Shown here: in pieces, positions 1-9,924 of the stretch
Position numbering within the stretch: the first letter of the stretch is position 1
How the letters are laid out: every line of letters begins with the position of its first letter
Program-made: the position numbers and the translations under genes
Notes under the pieces: generated by a model
The model's database searches: none
Told to the model about the DNA's origin: nothing
What the model saw: only the letters and a program-made list of their open reading frames with translations
DNA from: an uncultured bacterium
Lineage (GTDB): Bacteria; Chloroflexota; UBA5177; JANWHV01
Direction: 5' to 3'
DNA: 64,000 nucleotides
NCBI GenBank assembly: GCA_963827235.1
Contig: CAWHAE010000017.1
Location: 32,001 to 96,000 of the forward strand

Positions 1-528
1 CGGGTACGAGAAGGCGACCGCCCCGTCCGTGGATTTCGCCGACAGTCCGGCGATCACTGCGATCCAGGTCAGCGCGAGCGTGAACAGTACGAGGATGCCG
101 GCCACGGCGATCCATGCCAGCACTCCTGCCGAGGAGCGAAAGCCCATAGGGAGTGCCACCAGGACGATGACGACCACGGAGATCGCGTTGGACACCAGTG
201 AAGTCAGAACATGCCCCCACAGCACGGACGAGCGGGCGATCGGCATCGAGTGGAACCTCTCGAAGATGCCGCTCTGCAGGTCGTTGAACAGGCGGAAGGC
301 GGTATAGGAGATGCCGCTGGCGATCGCGATGAGCAGGATGCCGGGCATCAAGTAGTTCACATAGTTGTCGGTGCCTGCTTGGATGGCGCCGCCGAACACG
401 TAGACGAACAGCAGCATGAAGGCGATCGGCATGACCGTCACCGTGATGATGGTGTCCATGCTGCGCGTGACGTGTCGCAGGGAACGCCCGAGCATCACGC
501 TGGTGTCGCTGAAGTACTGTGTGTTCAT
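1..528 (-). CDS. ABC-2 (DrrB-like) exporter permease, runs off the window edge
   Basis: ATG at 528 overlaps the ATPase stop (ATGA). Manual translation MNTQYFSDTSVMLGRSLRH...MPIAFMLLFVYVFGGAI...YVNYLMPGIL...GIFERFHSMPIARSSVLWGHV is typical of DrrB. Confidence 0.9.
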   Translation of the reverse strand, partial: MNTQYFSDTSVMLGRSLRHVTRSMDTIITVTVMPIAFMLLFVYVFGGAIQAGTDNYVNYLMPGILLIAIASGISYTAFRLFNDLQSGIFERFHSMPIARSSVLWGHVLTSLVSNAISVVVIVLVALPMGFRSSAGVLAWIAVAGILVLFTLALTWIAVIAGLSAKSTDGAVAFSYP

Positions 529-1298
529 CGTTGCTCCTTCTTGTCGCTTCCGACGATCGCCAGGAAGATCTCCTCCAGGGTGGGCTGTCGTTCCACGTAT
601 TCGACTTTCGCGGGCGGGAGCAGCTTCCTCAGCTCCGCCAGCGTGCCGGACACGACAATCGTGCCGTCGTGCAGGATCGCGATCCGGTCGGCGAGCTTCT
701 CGGCCTCGTCGAGGTACTGGGTCGTCAGGAACACGGTCGTGCCGCTGTCGGCGAGGTTCTGGATCACCTGCCACACCTCAATGCGGCCCTCCGGGTCGAG
801 GCCGGTAGTCGGCTCGTCGAGGAAGATGATCCGCGGGTTGCCGATGAGGCTCATGGCGATGTCGAGGCGACGGCGCATGCCGCCTGAGTAGGTCGACACC
901 CGGCGCCCGGCCGCGTCGGCGAGGCCGAACCGTGCGAGCAGATCGTCTGCCACCTTGCCCGCGCTCTGCACGTGCCGTAGTGCGGCGATCATGGTCAGGT
1001 TCTCCCTGCCGGTGAGGATCTCGTCCACCGCTGCGAATTGACCTGTCAGGCTGATCGACTCCCGCACCCGCGCCGGCTGCGACAGGACGTCGAATCCGTT
1101 GACGCGCGTCGTGCCGTCATCCGGCTTGAGCAGGGTGGTGAGGATTCTCACAATCGTGGTCTTGCCCGCGCCGTTGGAGCCGAGCAGCGCGAAGATGCTT
1201 CCGCGCGCCACGTCGAAGTCCACACCCTTGAGCACCTGCAATTGCTTATAGGACTTCTGCAATCCATGGACCTGGATCGCCACGTTCTTCTCTTCCAT
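525..1298 (-). CDS. ABC exporter ATP-binding protein (DrrA family)
   Basis: Walker A GSNGAGKT, signature YSGGMRRRL, Walker B FLDEPTTGLDP, C-terminal PTLEEIFL. Confidence 0.95.
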   Translation of the reverse strand: MEEKNVAIQVHGLQKSYKQLQVLKGVDFDVARGSIFALLGSNGAGKTTIVRILTTLLKPDDGTTRVNGFDVLSQPARVRESISLTGQFAAVDEILTGRENLTMIAALRHVQSAGKVADDLLARFGLADAAGRRVSTYSGGMRRRLDIAMSLIGNPRIIFLDEPTTGLDPEGRIEVWQVIQNLADSGTTVFLTTQYLDEAEKLADRIAILHDGTIVVSGTLAELRKLLPPAKVEYVERQPTLEEIFLAIVGSDKKEQR

Positions 1299-1311
1299 GC
1301 TTCTTGTCTCC

Positions 1312-1485
1312 CTATGCCACGGTCACGTTCGACAGGTCCCCACCCATGCCCTTGAGCCCGGCGTAGGTCAGCTTGTCCATTCGCGCTCCATCAAATGCCG
1401 CCGCGCGGATGGCAGTGCGGTACTTCCTGTTCCAGGCGCAGAAGCACACATTCCGCAGCGTCGCGTCCCAGAACGTAACTGTATG
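1312..1485 (-). pseudogene. C-terminal remnant of a pentapeptide-repeat protein
   Basis: TFWDATLRNVCF...FDGARMDKLTYAGLKGMGGDLSNVTVA resembles the C-terminus of pentapeptide-repeat proteins that I recall lying upstream of DrrA-type ABC genes. No N-terminus is present. Confidence 0.5.
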
Positions 1486-1579
1486 TGCGCCGGCCGCCTT
1501 GCGATTCATCGCCCCAGTACCACGTGCTGTCGCCGTCCGCTTCCAAGCGCCTGAGACCGGAGTACATTGTGGCTTCCCT

Positions 1580-1672
1580 CCCTCCGCCACGTCCGAGTCG
1601 ATGCCCTCGAGCACCCGGTGCTCGCCGAACGACTTCCGCAGGCCCCCGGATCTCAATCATCATGCCATTCAT
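1580..1672 (-). pseudogene. N-terminal remnant of a second ABC ATP-binding protein
   Basis: MNGMMIEIRG followed, after a frameshift, by LRKSFGEHRVLEGIDSDVAEG, the typical ABC ATPase start; similarity then stops. Confidence 0.6.
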
Positions 1673-1732
1673 CTTTGCCGCGCATGCTTTCTGTGCTATA
1701 TTTACTGCCATCAGGTAAGCAACACATCAGTA

Positions 1733-1755
1733 ATTATCTTACTTACTGAGATAAT
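1733..1755. promoter_or_regulatory. Candidate MarR operator (ATTATCT-N9-AGATAAT)
   Basis: Perfect 7-bp inverted repeat in the AT-rich divergent intergenic region, just upstream of the MarR gene. Confidence 0.55.
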
Positions 1756-1775
1756 CCTACGCGGGAGTGCGGTCT

Positions 1776-2882
1776 ATGTCAAGCGGTACCGACGGATCAG
1801 GCGCCGGCGTGCGCGACGAGCTGGCGCGAGAGATCCGGCAGTTCCATGGGCTGAGCGCGTCGTTCTACCGGGCGGCCGCGGCGCGGGCCGGCATGACGAT
1901 CACCGATCTGCAGGTGCTGCACCTCCTCGAGAGTGCCGGTCCCTCGACGGCCGGCCAGCTCGCCGACCTCACCGGGCTCACCACCGGGGCGATCACCGGC
2001 ATGCTCAACCGGCTAGAGGAGGCAGGGCACGTGCGCCGCGAGCGCGACCCCGCCGACGGCCGCAGGGTCATCGTCCGGCTGGCACCGGGCGGGACCGGCG
2101 GGCACGCGGCCGGCGCTCGCCTGGCCGCGCTGGGCACGGCGTGGGACGACCTGGCGTCCGGGTTCGACGCGGAAGAGACGGCTGTGATTTTGGCGTTCCT
2201 CAAGCGCTGCAACACGCTGGCGCAGGCGGAGATCCTCCGGCTGCGCGACGGCGAGTCCGCCGAGCCTGGCGTCTTCTCTGCGCCGCTTGGGAGCCTGACG
2301 AGCGGCCGGCTCACGATCCACGCCGGAACCTCCATGCTGACCGTGCGTGCGGACGACGAGCTTGCTGCGCTTTATCGGGCTCGCTTCGAAGGACCGGCGC
2401 CTCAGGTAGTGGCCAAAGAGGGGGAGGTTTCCATTCGCTATCCACGCCGCCTCGTGGTGCTGGGCAGTCCGCAACGGGTGGCGGACGTCGCGCTCAGCGT
2501 CGCCGTCCCGTGGCGCATCGTGATCCAGGGCAACGCGGCCCAGATGACCGCCGCGCTCAGCGGCCTCAATCTTGCCGAGCTGGCAGTCGTCAGCGGATAC
2601 AGCCAAATTCGCGTAGAGCTCCCCGCGCCGAGCAGTGTCGTGCCTATCCGCATCAGTGGTGCGGCGTCCGAGGTGACCGTGCGGCGTCCAGCCGGTGTGG
2701 CCGCGCGCGTCCACCTGCACGGCCGGTTGTCCATGCTGGTCTTCGACGGTCAAGAGAGTTACGGCGGCGCGGGCGGCGACGTGCGGCTGCAAAGCTCCGG
2801 GTTCGACGTGACCGGCCCGTACTACGACATCGACGTCAAGGGCGCCATGAGCGCAGTCACGATCACCGTAATGGCCGGTTGA
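1776..2882 (+). CDS. MarR-family regulator fused to a C-terminal beta-rich (DUF4097/LiaF-like) domain
   Basis: wHTH TAGQLADLTGLTTGAITGMLNRLEEAGHVRRERDPADGRRV, then ~200 aa of repetitive beta-strand sequence (IRISGAASEVTVRRP, IDVKGAMSAVTI). Confidence 0.85.
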   Translation: MSSGTDGSGAGVRDELAREIRQFHGLSASFYRAAAARAGMTITDLQVLHLLESAGPSTAGQLADLTGLTTGAITGMLNRLEEAGHVRRERDPADGRRVIVRLAPGGTGGHAAGARLAALGTAWDDLASGFDAEETAVILAFLKRCNTLAQAEILRLRDGESAEPGVFSAPLGSLTSGRLTIHAGTSMLTVRADDELAALYRARFEGPAPQVVAKEGEVSIRYPRRLVVLGSPQRVADVALSVAVPWRIVIQGNAAQMTAALSGLNLAELAVVSGYSQIRVELPAPSSVVPIRISGAASEVTVRRPAGVAARVHLHGRLSMLVFDGQESYGGAGGDVRLQSSGFDVTGPYYDIDVKGAMSAVTITVMAG

Positions 2883-2914
2883 CGGCTGCTGCTGGAAGGC
2901 TCCGACCAACGAGG

Positions 2915-3002
2915 GTGCGCACGACGGAGCACGCGGTGAGCACCACCGACCCCGGCGCTACCCGGCTGCCCTTCCGGGACGAGGCGCGGCTCGGCTACCA
3001 GG
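2915..3002 (+). mobile_element. Possible IS1182-family transposase remnant
   Basis: Translation VRTTEHAVSTTDPGATRLPFRDEARLGYQ resembles the S-T-T-D-P-D-A...LGY motif of IS1182 transposases; very short. Confidence 0.4.
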
Positions 3003-3269
3003 TAGCGACGTTTGGCGTAAGCGAACGCATGCATGGGATCGGCGTCGGTGTCTCACGTCTGCGCTCGAGTAGCACGGTTCGACTTGCAGCCGAGATGCAC
3101 CGTGGATGATTGGCGGTCACGAATGTCGACGGTTCGGCTGCACCGCCTCACCGCGATGGCGACAGCCATCGGCCGGATGTCTGCGCACCAGCCGTGCAGG
3201 CACTGGGTCGCCTCGATATTGCCCGCAACAGGCGGCGATGGTGAGACCGAAGCCGCCACCACCGTGCTG

Positions 3270-4122
3270 TCAACTCGCTGCGGGATGTCGGGCTAGCTCC
3301 AGTCCAGATGCTTCACTCTGCCGTAGGAAGCACGCCCACATCAACAGCGCGAGAGCCATGCCGCCTACGATATTGCCTAACGTGACCGGCACCAGGTTTC
3401 GAAACAGGAAGTTTCCCCAACCCAGCGAGCCGGTATGGACGCCCATCGCGGCAGCCTTGGCTGCGTAAGCCGGATTGGTCTTGGCAAACAGTCCTGCCGA
3501 TATGTAGTACATGTTCGCTACGCAGTGCTCGAAGCCGCAAATCACGAAGAACGCAACCGGTATGTAGGCTCCTAGCGATCTTCCCTCCAGTATCCTTGGC
3601 TGAAATCGCGCACAACACGCCCATACAGACTAGCAGATTGCAGAGAATGCCAAGAACAAACGCGTTGTCAAATGGAAGAGCGCATTTTGTCGCAGCGACC
3701 TTTATTGTATAGGCAGCTAGACCATCGTCTGAGTAGTCGAGCTGCCCGAAGAACGCGCATCCAGCGGCGAGCGCACTCGCACCGATAAAGTTACCGATAT
3801 ATACAACCATCCAATTCTTAAGAAGGCGTACAATCGAAGTTCGCTTTTCAAGAACGGAAATCACAATCATACAATCTCCGGTGAACAGCTCCGCACCCAG
3901 CAGCATCACTATCGCCAGTCCAAAGGGAAAGAGCAGGCCGCTGATGATGCGCGCGGCAGATACATTTGTAATACTGTGTGACGCGGTATTAGCCACGGCC
4001 GCGCCCATTCCGATCAAGAATCCTGCAGAAATGCCGAGCAGTAACATCTTCCAGGCTGGCTGTGACGCCTTTTCCGCGCCGATTTGCGAGTATCTTCCTG
4101 TGATTTCAGACGGGGACAACAT
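3270..4122 (-). pseudogene. Formate/nitrite transporter (FNT) family, one +1 frameshift near 3578
   Basis: LGAELFTGD, GILCNLLVC and GFEHCVANMY...LGNIVGG lie in two frames. Removing one base restores KILGAYIPVAFFVIC. Visibly AT-richer than the flanks. Confidence 0.88.
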
Positions 4123-4200
4123 AGTTAACCTGATACCTCCATAATGTGTCTTGCCGCTTCGACCGAATGACCCGCCAACACTGAAGTCGCTACAGTGCCT

Positions 4201-4224
4201 ACGCCAGCAGGCGCCTGCTGGCGT
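4201..4224. repeat. Perfect 24-bp palindrome ACGCCAGCAGGCGCCTGCTGGCGT
   Basis: Directly visible, ~80 bp upstream of the FNT start. Confidence 0.8.
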
Positions 4225-5002
4225 CGACAAGTTCCCGCGCCTCGCCGGACCTCACGTCGCCACAGAGAGCCATTCTCACACACAGTACTACCGGCGACGG
4301 TGACAGCCTGGCCGACGGAGACGATAGTAACTGCCCGCATTACCCGTTCTACGCCCGCTCCTTCAAGCATCCGTAACACATCAGCTTGTACATTATAGGG
4401 CTATTGGCAGGCACGCTCTCTCTGGTTCCGTTGGGGAGTGACCGCCGCTCTTGCGCAGGCTGCGCCGTCCGCCTACTTGCTCAATGCCCTAGAATCGCCG
4501 GTGTGAATCACGTCATTGTGCGCCACAACGGCACCTGACTGCCGTGACACGCTCCGCTTTTCGTTAGCTAAGCGCGGGCCAGCGTCGCTCCGTACGCTCA
4601 AGGTCCTGGCGCGCGCCCGGTCGAAGCGAGATGGCGAGCGCGGCCTCGAACCGCTCGCGGGCCGCGCTTCCTCCAGGGCAAGTTGTGCCGCGGCCCGCTG
4701 CTTCGGCGCCAACTGCAGCTGTGCTTGCACCCGAAGGGCATTAGGCAGCCCGAGCTGGCATGACCCGCGCCGTGCTTGCGGCACCCCGGCGGTGAGAGTC
4801 GCGGCGGCCTGCTCCGTATCGTCGGACTCCGCCTGCGCGCAGGCCAGGACACAGGCAGCACGTATTCGACGTCGGCAGCATCGAAGGGGTGCGGGCTGAG
4901 ACGCGGCGCTCTATACGCCGGATAGTCCTTTTCGACGCGCAGTAGTCGGATATAGGTGCCCTTCGTCACCGCGCTGGGCTGTATGGCTGCGTCCGCCTGG
5001 AA

Positions 5003-5974
5003 TCAGCGCAACCCTTTCAGGATCGTGCCGTCGGAGCCTACCACGAGGCAGAATGCAGGGCCGGGGCAGCTAATGCTGCGCAGGGCGCTGTCGACGTTGG
5101 AAACGCTCCGCGGACTCCACGTTGCTCCGCCGTCCACGCTGACCACGATCGCGCCTGCATTGCCGACCGCCAGACAGGTGGCATTCGCGAGGCAGCCGAC
5201 ACCTTCCAGATACTGGCTCACGCCCGATCGGACGCTCTTCCAGGTCGTGCCGCCGTTCCTGCTCAGCAGGATCGTGCCGGCATCGCCAACCGCCAGACAC
5301 CGACTGCTCGTCGAGCAGGTGACCCCGTACAAGGTACTGTTCGTACCCGATGCGCGGCTCTTCCAGGTAGTGCCCGCGTTCGCGCTGGACAGAATGGTGC
5401 CATCATCACCGACAGCCACGCACGTCGAGCTTGTTGGGCACGAGATTCCCTCAAGTGAGTTGGTGGTGCCGGAGGCGCGGCTGTTCCAGGCCTGGCTGGA
5501 ATTGGCATTGGCGAGGATCGCGCCGGCGACCCCGACGGCCACGCAGCTGTTGATGGTCGGGCAGGCAATGCCTGAGAGTCCGGTTGGAGTATCGTGGCGC
5601 GTCCATGTCGCGCCGCGATCGATGCTGGCAAGAATCGTGTTGCCCACGGCGTCGCACCTGGTGCTGCCCGCGCAGGCGATCGCGAGAAGCATGTCGCTCT
5701 TGCCGGTCGTGCGACTCTGCCAATGGACTCCGCCGTCCGTGCTTCTCAGGACGGTGCTCGAAGCCACAAGGCAGAGACTGCCGGAAGGGCAGGCGATGCC
5801 GCGGAGATCGTCCTGCGTGCCTGATGCCTCCCTGGTCCAGTTGGAAAACGCAGGAGTAGCCGCGGCCACGGCGTGACCGGCCAAGCCGAGCGTGTTCCCG
5901 GCCCCGAGCGCGGGACTGCTGCCAAGCAACAGTGCCGAGAGGATCGCAATACCGACAACCTGTGCTCGCTTCAC
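5003..5974 (-). CDS. Secreted BNR/Ycf48-like beta-propeller protein with Cys-paired repeats
   Basis: Signal peptide (KRAQVVGIAILSALLLGSSPALG), then about seven ~40-aa repeats LxGIxCxxxxxCxAVGxxGTILxSxDGGxTW (Asp-box). Confidence 0.85.
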   Translation of the reverse strand: MKRAQVVGIAILSALLLGSSPALGAGNTLGLAGHAVAAATPAFSNWTREASGTQDDLRGIACPSGSLCLVASSTVLRSTDGGVHWQSRTTGKSDMLLAIACAGSTRCDAVGNTILASIDRGATWTRHDTPTGLSGIACPTINSCVAVGVAGAILANANSSQAWNSRASGTTNSLEGISCPTSSTCVAVGDDGTILSSANAGTTWKSRASGTNSTLYGVTCSTSSRCLAVGDAGTILLSRNGGTTWKSVRSGVSQYLEGVGCLANATCLAVGNAGAIVVSVDGGATWSPRSVSNVDSALRSISCPGPAFCLVVGSDGTILKGLR

Positions 5975-6326
5975 TTCGCACCTCCCCTTCAAGACGACTC
6001 ATCAAACAAGTGGACGAATAGATTGTTGCGCATGACCGCCTGTCAAGACGGCCTCGTCGAGCTTCTGCCGGTGCGCACAGCCCGCCGATCCTCGCTCGAG
6101 CGCTCTCTCGAGCCGGCGCGCTCCCGACCGACTCTACTCTACACTGCTCGTCCTGCGGCCGTCTTGCACGCCGTCGGCGTAGCTTCCTCTGGTGGCCCGA
6201 CGTGTCTTGTGCAACGGCAGCACCGTCTTGGGAAACGCGAGCCAGAGGGGGGTCGCGGCGACGCGAGGTAGCCAGCCACCGGGGGCAGAAAGAGTAGGCC
6301 ATACGCCGACACATTAGCCCAGCAAC

Positions 6327-6540
6327 TTACACAAACCGGAGACCGTCCTGGAAGTTCGCCTGCGCCTGGTCGAGGCCGTTCGCTTGGCCTAGCGGCCTCA
6401 CGGAGATCGCATAACCGGCGGCATCGTCGGCCGCCCAGTTGATTCTCTTGCCAGTGGAGAGTCGCTGCATCGACCGCGCGATGGAGCTCTGGGCGATGCT
6501 CAGGTACCGCACGGACTCCCAGGCGTTCAGGCACGATTGA
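6327..6540 (-). pseudogene. fliC: Flagellin N-terminal (ND0/ND1) remnant
   Basis: SMQRLSTGKRINWAADDAAGYAIS...QANGLDQAQANFQDG matches the flagellin consensus RLSSGxRINxAxDDAAG. Early stop and no canonical start. Confidence 0.85.
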
Positions 6541-7043
6541 GCCGTGCCCTGGAACAGAGCAGATCCATGGGTCTCGCGAGACGAGCGAACGACTCGCCGC
6601 CGGTATGCCATGTCTGATCACGGTGCGCGCGAACAAACGCTTGCTCCAGCGGCAGTTGCGCGCATCTGCTACCTCATCGCGCCGCTTGCACTTTCCACAC
6701 GATCAGCAGGGCGTCGCTCTCCGCACTGTACGATGATCCTGGCGACATAGCGTGGCGCGCACGTCGAGACCGGCCTGCTACACTGGTGCTGGATGCGACC
6801 ACTTATCCTAATCACCATTAGGTTGATCGGTTCGGCTGAGGCGTCATGGGGTAATCGGGAAGGGAGCCGACGAGACGTGAGAGGGAGCTATTGCTGCAAA
6901 CATTTCTTCGCCGGCAGGTGCCGGGGCATCGCGGATGACTGTCCGAGGTGGGCACGTGCCCTGGCAGTGACCATGCGCCGTGTGCAGCCGATCCTCGTTG
7001 TGGTCCGGCAGGCGCCACTTGGCCGGCTGGTCGCGGTGCAGCC

Positions 7044-8039
7044 ATGACTGCAAAACACGCGCGCGCGGATTCGGAGCGGCAACCTGCTAGTGTCACGCCG
7101 CTGCGATCGCCGCTGGCTCCGGCCACGCTCATGCCGCGCGTGGGCATCGATCCGGTGGCGGCATACCTGGCGACGCTGGCACCCAAGAGCCGCGCGGTCG
7201 TTCGGGAGCGCCTGCAAGCGGTGGCGCGGGAGATCGGCGCGGATCCGGCGAGCATGCCGTGGCACGAGCTTCGCGCGCCCCACGTCGACTTCATCCGCGG
7301 TCGCCTGCTCGAGCTGGGCCGGGCGCCCGCCACGGTCAATCTGACGCTGGCCGCGCTGCGCGGCGTGCTCAAACAGGCGCGCAATCAAAACCTGATTGCC
7401 GACGAGGAGTACCGACGGATTGCAGAGGTGAAGCCGGCGCGAGGATCGCGTCTGCCGGCCGGCCGTGATATCTCGGGCGGCGAGCTGCGCGCCATGGTGG
7501 AAGTCTGCGTACATGATCAGGGCGCAGCCGGCCCGCGCGACCTGGCGATCCTTGCCGTGCTCTACATCGGCGGCTTGCGGCGCAGCGAGCTGGTGGCACT
7601 CGACGTCACTGACTATGGCGCCGATCCTCCCTCATTGCGTGTGCGGCACGGCAAGGGCGATAAGGAGCGATTGGTGCCGCTCACCGGCAGCGCTGCGTCG
7701 GCACTCGAGTCCTGGCTGCGTAGGCGGGGAGAGCGCCCAGGCCGGCTCTTCCTGCCGGTGACGCAGTCCGGCGTCGTGACCGGCGAGTCGATAAGCTCCA
7801 TCGCCGTGTACAACATGCTGCAAAAGCGCGCCAAGCAAGCCGGTGTCGCCCACCTATCCCCTCACGACCTCCGGCGCACGTTTGTCAGCGACCTCTTGGA
7901 CGCCGGCGTCGATCTCTCTGCAGCCCAGCAGTTGGCCGGCCACGCCAGTGTGGTGACCACCGCCCGCTACGATCGTCGCGGTGAGGCAACCAAGCGCAGG
8001 AGCGTCGAAAAACTGCACTTCCCGCTGCCTGCTATGTAG
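7044..8039 (+). CDS. Tyrosine recombinase/integrase (XerC/D-like)
   Basis: Catalytic set is intact: GLRRSE (R), GKGDKER (K), HDLRR (HxxR), LAGH (H), TTARYDR (Y). N-terminal core-binding region APATVN. Confidence 0.93.
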   Translation: MTAKHARADSERQPASVTPLRSPLAPATLMPRVGIDPVAAYLATLAPKSRAVVRERLQAVAREIGADPASMPWHELRAPHVDFIRGRLLELGRAPATVNLTLAALRGVLKQARNQNLIADEEYRRIAEVKPARGSRLPAGRDISGGELRAMVEVCVHDQGAAGPRDLAILAVLYIGGLRRSELVALDVTDYGADPPSLRVRHGKGDKERLVPLTGSAASALESWLRRRGERPGRLFLPVTQSGVVTGESISSIAVYNMLQKRAKQAGVAHLSPHDLRRTFVSDLLDAGVDLSAAQQLAGHASVVTTARYDRRGEATKRRSVEKLHFPLPAM

Positions 8040-8564
8040 AAGACAATTCGCCGCGCCGATGGCCCGTTCCATGGGGTCAACGGTGATCGAGCACCGGCGC
8101 AGGCTGCCGCCGGACACACGCCACTCGGCGAGCACGACGAGACCGCACGTACCGCCATTGCCCAGCGCATCACGGCGGCGCCGGCCGCGAGCGCACGATC
8201 CTATATATATGCATGGTATATGTGGCGGATGCTGGGGGTGCACATGTGCGCGGGCGAATCCCTGCCAAGCTCGGCAAATGGGCAGCCCGGAAGGGGGCCT
8301 CGGCCGTCAGTACCCTCCTCCGCGAACATGTGGCGCCGTCTCGCGGGCAGACAGAACTGCGGCGGCGGCCCGTCCACTGCTGCGACGGTCATGATAATGC
8401 GGCCATACGGTCCGCGGCCCGGGTCATCGTGAGGCCACGTGCACGGCGATCTCGCCTCGGAACCCTGTGCGCGGTAGTTGGTCGATCGCGATCCTCCACT
8501 TGGGAGCATGCCGCCGGCTATGACGACAACCGGCCGTGGCTCAAGATGGTGGAAGATTGAGGCA

Positions 8565-8770
8565 ATGACAGTACGGCACAATGGTGCGGCCTCCCAGTTC
8601 GAGGTGCAACACGACGATCTCCTTGCGGTGCTGCAATACGATCGCACCGACAAGCGCTTGATCCTGGTGCACACCGAAGCGCCTGAGCCATTGGCAGGCA
8701 GAGGCGTCGGTACCGCGCTGGCACGAGCGGCGCTGGCCTACGCCGGGGCGCATCGGCTCTTCTTGCATCG
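8565..8770 (+). pseudogene. YjdJ-like GNAT acetyltransferase, C-terminally truncated
   Basis: MTVRHN...FE...LQY...LVHTEAPEPLAGRGVGTALARAAL; the closing P.C motif is lost at the junction with the integrase fragment. Confidence 0.75.
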
Positions 8771-8775
8771 ACGAG

Positions 8776-9054
8776 GTGCGCACGGCCTACCGCGCCCCAA
8801 AGGAGAACTCCATCTGTGAGCGCCTGCTTGGCAGCGTACGCCGCGAGTGCCTGGATCACGCGTTTGTCCTCAACGAAGCGCACTTGCTCCGTGTCCTCCA
8901 GGAGTACGTAGTGTATTACAACACGGTCCGACCACATCAAGGCTTAGGCCAGCGTATCCCCGATCCACCGCATGCGGCTAGCCCGGTCACAGGCGCAGTC
9001 CAGGCCACGCCGGTGCTTGGCGGGCTTCACCATGCCTACGCTCGGGCAGCTTGA
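8776..9054 (+). mobile_element. rve-type integrase core (IS transposase) C-terminal fragment
   Basis: APKENSICERLLGSVRRECLDH...YYNTVRPHQGLGQRIP...LGGLHHAYARAA. Confidence 0.88.
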
Positions 9055-9060
9055 AGGCGT

Positions 9061-9205
9061 GTGGACGCACTTTTCAGCCAGCACAGGGGCGACTTCGCCG
9101 GCGTGCATATGGTGCCGACAGAGAGCAGCGACGTGCCGGACGAGCAGGAAGCACGCCTCGTCGTGCTGGGGCCCGAGTATCCGCATAGCGGCAAAGACGC
9201 CAGCG
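9061..9205 (+). pseudogene. Internal fragment resembling a DUF499 AAA+ ATPase
   Basis: GDFAGVHMVPTESSDVPDEQEARLVVLGPEYPH resembles a segment I recall from DUF499 proteins. Confidence 0.5.
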
Positions 9206-9291
9206 CGTACGGTCCTCCCGAGGTCGCGCATCAGTTCGGCCTCTCCGACGCGGAGCTGGACGAGATGGAGGACCGGCGGACCGGGCGATAG

Positions 9292-9915
9292 TCACGGCTC
9301 CGGCACCGCGCGCTGCGCCTCGCGCGGTTCCAGCAAGGTGACGGGCAGGCTGAGCCCAAACGTGCTTCCCGTATCGCCCGTCGCCTCCAGCTCGAGCCTG
9401 CCGCCCATCGATTCGGCGTAGGCACGCCCGAGGTAGAGCCCCAGCCCGGTGCCGACGTGACCGGCACGTATGCGGCTGCCCGGCACGCGGCCGAAGCGCG
9501 TGCACAAGGCGCCTCGACCTTCTTCCGGTATGCCGCAGCCGTGGTCGCGCACGCGGATTGCAGCCTGGTCGTCCTCCCGCACCCACCGCACTTCGACGGG
9601 GCTGCCTTCCGGGGAGTACTTGGCGGCATTATCGAGCAGGTTGGTCAGCACCTGTTCCAGCAGCGACGGATCCGCCAGAACCGCGACGTCCATAGGACCC
9701 GTAGCATCGACAAGCTGGTTCGCATAGCTGCCGTTAACAGCCGCGGCGGCACGCTCGACCACTTCAAGCAGGGCGACCGGTTCACAGGGCACGCGCAGTC
9801 TCTGGTCCTCGTACGTCCCGGCACGCAGAAGATCGTCGACGAGCCGCTTCTGGCGGTTTGCGGCCAGCAGGATGCGCTGCAAGTGCAGCATCCGCTGGGT
9901 GTCGGTCGGTCGATC
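9292..9915 (-). pseudogene. Sensor histidine kinase, HATPase-only remnant
   Basis: N box QVLTNLLDNAAKYS, G1 VRDHGCGI, G2 GTGLGL, GSTF. The H-box and sensor domain are missing. Confidence 0.85.
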
Positions 9916-9924
9916 CCAGTGCGC

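Noticed and set aside
1373-3109. Long alternative-frame and antisense ORFs (e.g. 1373-3109, 21534-22958, 42992-44551, 50430-52271)
   Set aside because: Arg/Pro/Ala-rich shadow ORFs expected in high-GC DNA, overlapping well-supported genes.
4470-4960. Possible TPR-like and other coding remnants
   Set aside because: The resemblance (ALRVQAQL...ALEEA...FDRAR) is too weak to assign.
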